Shown here one piece after another: positions 27,520 to 32,000 of a stretch of DNA of 32,000 nucleotides. Every line of letters starts with the position of its first letter. Position 1 is the stretch's first letter. The translations under genes were made by a program, and so were the position numbers. Source of the stretch: Pseudoalteromonas tetraodonis (lineage in GTDB: Bacteria; Pseudomonadota; Gammaproteobacteria; Enterobacterales; Alteromonadaceae); the NCBI RefSeq assembly GCF_002310835.1, contig NZ_CP011041.1, positions 2,160,001 through 2,192,000 on the forward strand, written 5' to 3'. The notes under the pieces were generated by a model, which ran no database searches, had not been told where the DNA came from, and saw only the letters and a program-made list of their open reading frames with translations.

Positions 27520-28965
27520 ATGAGCAAAAAGCTGCATATTAAAACCTGGGGTTGTCAGATGAACGAATACGACTCTCAGAAAATGGCTGATCTTCTAGAT
27601 GCGACCAACGGCTATCAGCTAACTGAAGAAGCTGCTGATGCTGATGTTATATTACTTAACACCTGTTCAATTCGTGAAAAAGCGCAAGAAAAAGTATTCC
27701 ACCAATTAGGTCGTTGGAAGTTATTAAAAGATGACAAACCAGACCTAATTATTGGTGTTGGCGGCTGTGTAGCATCGCAAGAAGGCGATTCAATTCGTCA
27801 ACGCGCGCCGTTTGTCGATGTTATTTTTGGCCCACAAACATTGCACCGTTTACCTGAAATGATCAAACAAGTGCAAGGTAACAAAGGGTCATCAGTGGTT
27901 GATATTTCATTCCCAGAGATTGAAAAATTTGACCGTCTTCCTGAGCCAAAAGCAGAAGGTCCTTCTGCGTTTGTATCAATTATGGAAGGGTGTTCTAAAT
28001 ACTGTACTTTTTGTGTTGTACCTTACACGCGTGGTGAAGAAGTAAGTCGCCCTGTTGATGACGTGTTATTAGAGGTTGCACAGTTAGCCGAGCAAGGCGT
28101 ACGTGAAGTTAACTTACTAGGTCAAAACGTAAATGCGTACCGTGGTGATACACACGATGGTGAAATTTGCTATTTCTCAGACCTTATCCGTTTAGTAGCC
28201 GCAATTGACGGGATTGACCGTATTCGTTACACCACTTCACACCCCGTTGAGTTTACGCCTGACATAATTGATGCGTATGCCGATGTGCCTGAGCTGGTTG
28301 ATCACTTACACCTTCCAGTACAAAGTGGCTCAGATCGTGTTTTAAACTTAATGAAACGCGGCCATACTGCACTTGAGTACAAATCAACTATTCGTAAGCT
28401 ACGTAAAATTCGCCCTAACTTAAGTATGTCGTCAGATTTCATCATAGGTTTCCCAGGTGAAAGCAAGGCCGATTTTGAAGCGACCATGAACCTTATCAAC
28501 GATATTGGTTTTGATATGAGCTTTAGCTTTATTTACAGTGCACGCCCAGGTACGCCAGCGGCCGATTTGCCAGATGACGTAACCGAGCAAGAGAAAAAAG
28601 AGCGCCTGTACTTATTACAAAACCGTATTACACAAATGGCACAGCAAATTAGCCGCCAAATGTTTGATACCGAACAACGTATTTTAGTTGAAGGTCCTTC
28701 TAAGAAGAACCCAATGGAATTACGTGGCCGAACTGAAAACAACCGTGTAGTTAACTTTGTTGCCCCACACACAGTGATCGGTCAGTTTGTCGATGTACGT
28801 ATTACCGAGGCACTACCAAACTCTTTACGTGGCGATTTAATTCGTACAGAATCAGAAATGAACTTACGCCGCGAAATTGCCCCTTCTGCTATTTTAACCA
28901 AAGCAGCGAGTGAGCAGAAAACCGAGACAGCTAACGAAATTGGCGTTGCTACTTTCGTACCTTAG
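27520..28965 (+). CDS. miaB: tRNA-i6A37 methylthiotransferase MiaB, 481 aa
   Basis: '[16 protein letters not shown]', '[10 protein letters not shown]', radical-SAM '[16 protein letters not shown]', C-terminal TRAM region. Confidence 0.97.
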   Translation: MSKKLHIKTWGCQMNEYDSQKMADLLDATNGYQLTEEAADADVILLNTCSIREKAQEKVFHQLGRWKLLKDDKPDLIIGVGGCVASQEGDSIRQRAPFVDVIFGPQTLHRLPEMIKQVQGNKGSSVVDISFPEIEKFDRLPEPKAEGPSAFVSIMEGCSKYCTFCVVPYTRGEEVSRPVDDVLLEVAQLAEQGVREVNLLGQNVNAYRGDTHDGEICYFSDLIRLVAAIDGIDRIRYTTSHPVEFTPDIIDAYADVPELVDHLHLPVQSGSDRVLNLMKRGHTALEYKSTIRKLRKIRPNLSMSSDFIIGFPGESKADFEATMNLINDIGFDMSFSFIYSARPGTPAADLPDDVTEQEKKERLYLLQNRITQMAQQISRQMFDTEQRILVEGPSKKNPMELRGRTENNRVVNFVAPHTVIGQFVDVRITEALPNSLRGDLIRTESEMNLRREIAPSAILTKAASEQKTETANEIGVATFVP

Positions 28966-29019
28966 TTGCAAAAATTCATTGCGCCCGTTAACGCTGGCGC
29001 ACTGTAATAGGAAGTAATT

Positions 29020-30078
29020 TTGAGTAATCAGTTAAAAACATTAGAGATTTATTTAGAACCTGCCGACAACAAACGCCTTTCTTCATTATGTGGCCCGTTT
29101 GACGAAAACATCAAACAAATTGAACGCCGTCTAGGTGTTGAAATTACTCATCGTGATAACTTTTTTAAAGTAACCGGTAAACTACACAGTAGCGCCGGCG
29201 CGGTAGAGATCTTAAAAAACCTTTATATTGATACTCAGCCTGTACGTGGGGAAATTGGCGAAATTGAGCCTGACAATGTCCATTTAGCCATCACTGAGTC
29301 TAAAGCGCTTGAGCAAGATACCTCAAGTAGCGCCTACGGCAAAGAAATGATGATTAAAACCCGTCGTGGCGTTATTAAACCGCGTAACGATAACCAAGGC
29401 TTGTATGTTGCTAATATTTTGCACCACGACATTACCTTTGGTATTGGCCCTGCGGGTACAGGTAAAACCTATCTTGCCGTTGCGGCGGCAGTTGATGCAC
29501 TAGAGCGCCAAGAAATACGTCGTATATTGCTCACTCGCCCTGCGGTTGAAGCGGGTGAAAAACTTGGCTTTTTACCCGGTGATTTAAGCCAAAAAATAGA
29601 CCCTTACTTACGCCCACTTTACGATGCCTTATTTGAAATGCTTGGCTTTGAGCGTGTTGAAAAGCTGATTGAAAAAAATATCATCGAAATTGCTCCACTG
29701 GCTTATATGCGCGGACGCACACTTAATGATGCGTTTATTATTTTAGATGAAAGTCAAAATACCACTACAGAGCAAATGAAAATGTTCTTAACCCGTATTG
29801 GCTTTAATTCTAAAGCGGTGATCACCGGCGACATAACCCAAGTTGATTTACCTCGTGGCGCGCGCTCTGGTCTTCGTCATGCTATTGAAGTGTTAGATGG
29901 CGTTGATGAAATTAGCTTTAACTTTTTCAAATCGCATGATGTAGTACGCCACCCTGTGGTAGCGCGTATTGTTGAAGCCTATGAGCGCAACGACGAACGT
30001 GAGCGCCTTAAGCGATTAGAAAAACAACAAGCCAAAGAAGCGCTTGCCGCTCATGAGCAACCTGCGACTAAAGAGTAA
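29020..30078 (+). CDS. ybeZ: PhoH-like ATPase YbeZ, 352 aa
   Basis: Collinear with E. coli YbeZ ('LEPADNKRLSSLCGPFDENIK', Walker A 'GPAGTGKTYLAVA', 'FIILDESQNTT'). TTG start with AGGAAG Shine-Dalgarno 5 nt upstream. Confidence 0.95.
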   Translation: MSNQLKTLEIYLEPADNKRLSSLCGPFDENIKQIERRLGVEITHRDNFFKVTGKLHSSAGAVEILKNLYIDTQPVRGEIGEIEPDNVHLAITESKALEQDTSSSAYGKEMMIKTRRGVIKPRNDNQGLYVANILHHDITFGIGPAGTGKTYLAVAAAVDALERQEIRRILLTRPAVEAGEKLGFLPGDLSQKIDPYLRPLYDALFEMLGFERVEKLIEKNIIEIAPLAYMRGRTLNDAFIILDESQNTTTEQMKMFLTRIGFNSKAVITGDITQVDLPRGARSGLRHAIEVLDGVDEISFNFFKSHDVVRHPVVARIVEAYERNDERERLKRLEKQQAKEALAAHEQPATKE

Positions 30079-30082
30079 TACC

Positions 30083-30541
30083 GTGAAAACAGAACTTGAT
30101 TTACAAATAGCGTGTGAGTTTGACAACTTACCCAGCCTTGAGCAGTTTGCAATGTGGGCCGATAAAGTACTTAGCCAATACCGCGATGAGTCTGAGCTGA
30201 CCATTGTCATTAGCGATGAAGCACAGTCGCAACAGCTCAATAATGACTACCGTGGTAAAAATAAGCCTACCAACGTATTATCGTTTGAATTTGAAGCGCC
30301 ACCGGGTATTGATATCCCACTTGTGGGTGACTTAATTATTTGTCCAGCCATCGTTTTGGCTGAGGCGCAAGAGCAAGAAAAGTCATTTCATGACCACTTT
30401 GCCCATATGGTTATTCATGGATGCTTGCATTTACTTGGATTTGACCATATAAAGAGTGAAGATGCGTTAGAGATGGAAAGTATAGAAAAGCAATTACTTG
30501 CTGAACTAAACATAGCAGACCCATACCGGGACGATATTTAA
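30083..30541 (+). CDS. ybeY: Endoribonuclease YbeY (16S rRNA maturation), 152 aa
   Basis: 'YRGKNKPTNVLSF' and zinc motif 'HGCLHLLGFDH'. Start set at GTG 30083 ('VKTELDLQIACE', compare E. coli 'MSQVILDLQLACE'), just after the ybeZ stop. The track's ATG 30044 would overlap ybeZ by 35 nt. Confidence 0.9.
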   Translation: MKTELDLQIACEFDNLPSLEQFAMWADKVLSQYRDESELTIVISDEAQSQQLNNDYRGKNKPTNVLSFEFEAPPGIDIPLVGDLIICPAIVLAEAQEQEKSFHDHFAHMVIHGCLHLLGFDHIKSEDALEMESIEKQLLAELNIADPYRDDI

Positions 30542-30563
30542 ATAAACGGAGCAATTAGACGTA

Positions 30564-31448
30564 ATGAGCGACGATAACTCGCAATCTAGCCAGGGTTCTT
30601 CTGGCAGGACTTGGCTGGGCCGTATAACCCACATGTTGCAAGGGGAACCCCAGAATAGAGAAGAGCTGGTTGAGGTGATTGCCGATGCCCAAGAGCGGGA
30701 TGTAATCGATCCTGAAACCAAAGAAATGATTGAAGGTGTGCTTGGTGTGTCTGAGCTTAAAGTGCGAGATATTATGATACCGCGCTCACAAATGGTCACT
30801 TTGGAAATTGATAGCCCGCTTGAAGAGCATATACCTATGATGGTTGACTCTACCCACTCTCGTTTTCCGGTTGTGTGTGAAGATAAAGACCATGTAGAAG
30901 GGATTTTACTCGCAAAAGACTTATTACCTCTCATTTTAAACAAAGATGAGCATTTACCATCGCTACGTGACTATTTACGTCCAGCTATGGTGGTGCCTGA
31001 AAGTAAACGGGTTGATACCCTGCTTAACGAATTTCGTCAGCAACGCTACCATATGGCGATTGTGATTGATGAATACGGCGGCGTATCTGGTTTGGTCACC
31101 ATTGAAGATATTCTTGAGATCATTGTTGGCGAAATCGAAGATGAGCACGATGAAGAAGAAGAACAACAAGATATTCGTCAACTAGCTAAACATGTTTACG
31201 TTGTGCAAGCACTAACCCCTGTAGATGACTTTAACGAGCATTTTAAATCAGGCTATAGTTCGCAAGACGCCGATACTATTGGTGGTACCGTATTACATGC
31301 CTTTGGCCATATGCCGAGTCGTGGCGAAACCATTGATATAGACGGATTTCAGTTTAAAGTAACTAATTCTGATAACCGTCGTATATTACAACTGCAAGTC
31401 ACCATTCCTAAGGCTGATGATAACGACAGTGAAGAAACTGCTAACTAG
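30564..31448 (+). CDS. corC: CorC/YbeX CBS-pair magnesium/cobalt efflux-associated protein, 294 aa
   Basis: '[11 protein letters not shown]', 'RFPV', '[25 protein letters not shown]' (CBS pair), and a CorC_HlyC-type C-terminal domain ('[11 protein letters not shown]'). Conserved ybeZ-ybeY-corC-lnt order. Confidence 0.95.
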   Translation: MSDDNSQSSQGSSGRTWLGRITHMLQGEPQNREELVEVIADAQERDVIDPETKEMIEGVLGVSELKVRDIMIPRSQMVTLEIDSPLEEHIPMMVDSTHSRFPVVCEDKDHVEGILLAKDLLPLILNKDEHLPSLRDYLRPAMVVPESKRVDTLLNEFRQQRYHMAIVIDEYGGVSGLVTIEDILEIIVGEIEDEHDEEEEQQDIRQLAKHVYVVQALTPVDDFNEHFKSGYSSQDADTIGGTVLHAFGHMPSRGETIDIDGFQFKVTNSDNRRILQLQVTIPKADDNDSEETAN

Positions 31449-32000
31449 CCTCACCCTACTAGCAAAAGATAAAAAAGCATGGCTCGCACTGGTTGCGGGC
31501 CTTGTTTTGACTTTTAGCTACGCGCCTTTTGGTATTTGGCCAATTGTATTTTTTAGCTTGGCCGCATTATTTTATTGTATCCCTGCAAACCTCACCGGAA
31601 AAAACCACGCTAAAACGGCGGCTAAATATGGCTTTATATTTGGTCTGGGCTGGTTTGGTGCAGGCATTAGCTGGGTGCATGTATCTATTGCCACCTTTGG
31701 TGGTATGCCACTTATCGCTTCCATTTCGTTAATGGTATTGCTGTGCAGCTACCTTGCATTATTTCCTGCGTTGGCACTATGGGCAACCACTCGTTTTTCA
31801 AACGGCTCTATAAATTTTGCAGCGCTACTACTACCTTGTTTTGCGATTAGTGAGTATTTGCGAGCCAACCTATTAACCGGTTTTCCTTGGTTAAGCTTTG
31901 GCTATACACAAACCGACAGTCCACTTAATGCCCTTGCTCCTTTTATTGGTGAATTTGGACTCACGCTATTATGTATTGCCATTGGTTTTGCATTGTACTG
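31417..32000 (+). CDS. lnt: Apolipoprotein N-acyltransferase Lnt, 5' part (runs off the window)
   Basis: Not in the ORF track because it is open at the window end. My hand translation gives '[42 protein letters not shown] ... GISWVHVSIATFGGMP ... LLTGFPWLSFGYTQ', which matches the E. coli Lnt N-terminus ('INWVYVSIATFGGMP', 'LTGFPWLQFGYSQ'). ATG 31417 has an AAGG Shine-Dalgarno; GTG 31429 is the alternative. Overlaps the corC 3' end. Confidence 0.85.
   Translation, partial: MITTVKKLLTSLTLLAKDKKAWLALVAGLVLTFSYAPFGIWPIVFFSLAALFYCIPANLTGKNHAKTAAKYGFIFGLGWFGAGISWVHVSIATFGGMPLIASISLMVLLCSYLALFPALALWATTRFSNGSINFAALLLPCFAISEYLRANLLTGFPWLSFGYTQTDSPLNALAPFIGEFGLTLLCIAIGFALY

Noticed and set aside
28966-29019. 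Hairpin TGCGCC-(10 nt)-GGCGCA between miaB and ybeZ as a terminator or attenuator
   Set aside because: A 6-bp stem with no following T-tract, inside a conserved operon. At most it is a processing or stability element, and the evidence is not strong enough to report as a feature.

Overview
Core-chromosome segment of a moderately AT-rich gammaproteobacterium. Gene order and protein sequences look Alteromonadales/Pseudoalteromonas-like, but that assignment is inference. It holds about 30 protein genes and a 10-gene tRNA array. Three blocks, each syntenic with E. coli, sit side by side: (1) rlmM-ygdD-gcvA; (2) kdsA-sirB1-sirB2-prmC-prfA-hemA, divergent from lolB-ispE-prs-rplY-pth-ychF; (3) a metT-type tRNA operon, ubiF, and miaB-ybeZ-ybeY-corC-lnt. 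The left 7 kb is a looser set of separately transcribed sensory and transport genes: GNAT, a multi-PAS MCP-like protein, a BCCT transporter, a GAF-PAS-GGDEF-EAL protein and cysZ. I found no transposase, integrase, phage gene, CRISPR array, toxin-antitoxin pair or recognisable defence gene. Every long ORF gets a confident family assignment, so I do not think this window contains a clearly novel multi-gene system. The most unusual items are: (a) a soluble multi-PAS protein whose MCP signalling domain is cut down to a ~90-aa hairpin tip; (b) an orphan REC-HD-GYP c-di-GMP phosphodiesterase gene and a DUF819 membrane-protein gene wedged into the otherwise conserved hemA-prfA-prmC-sirB-kdsA cluster; (c) a tandemly amplified Met-Leu-Gln tRNA array whose spacers keep a hairpin through a compensatory change; (d) several long non-coding regions with perfect palindromes or hairpins (BCCT upstream region, rplY leader). 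All functional interpretations are untested.
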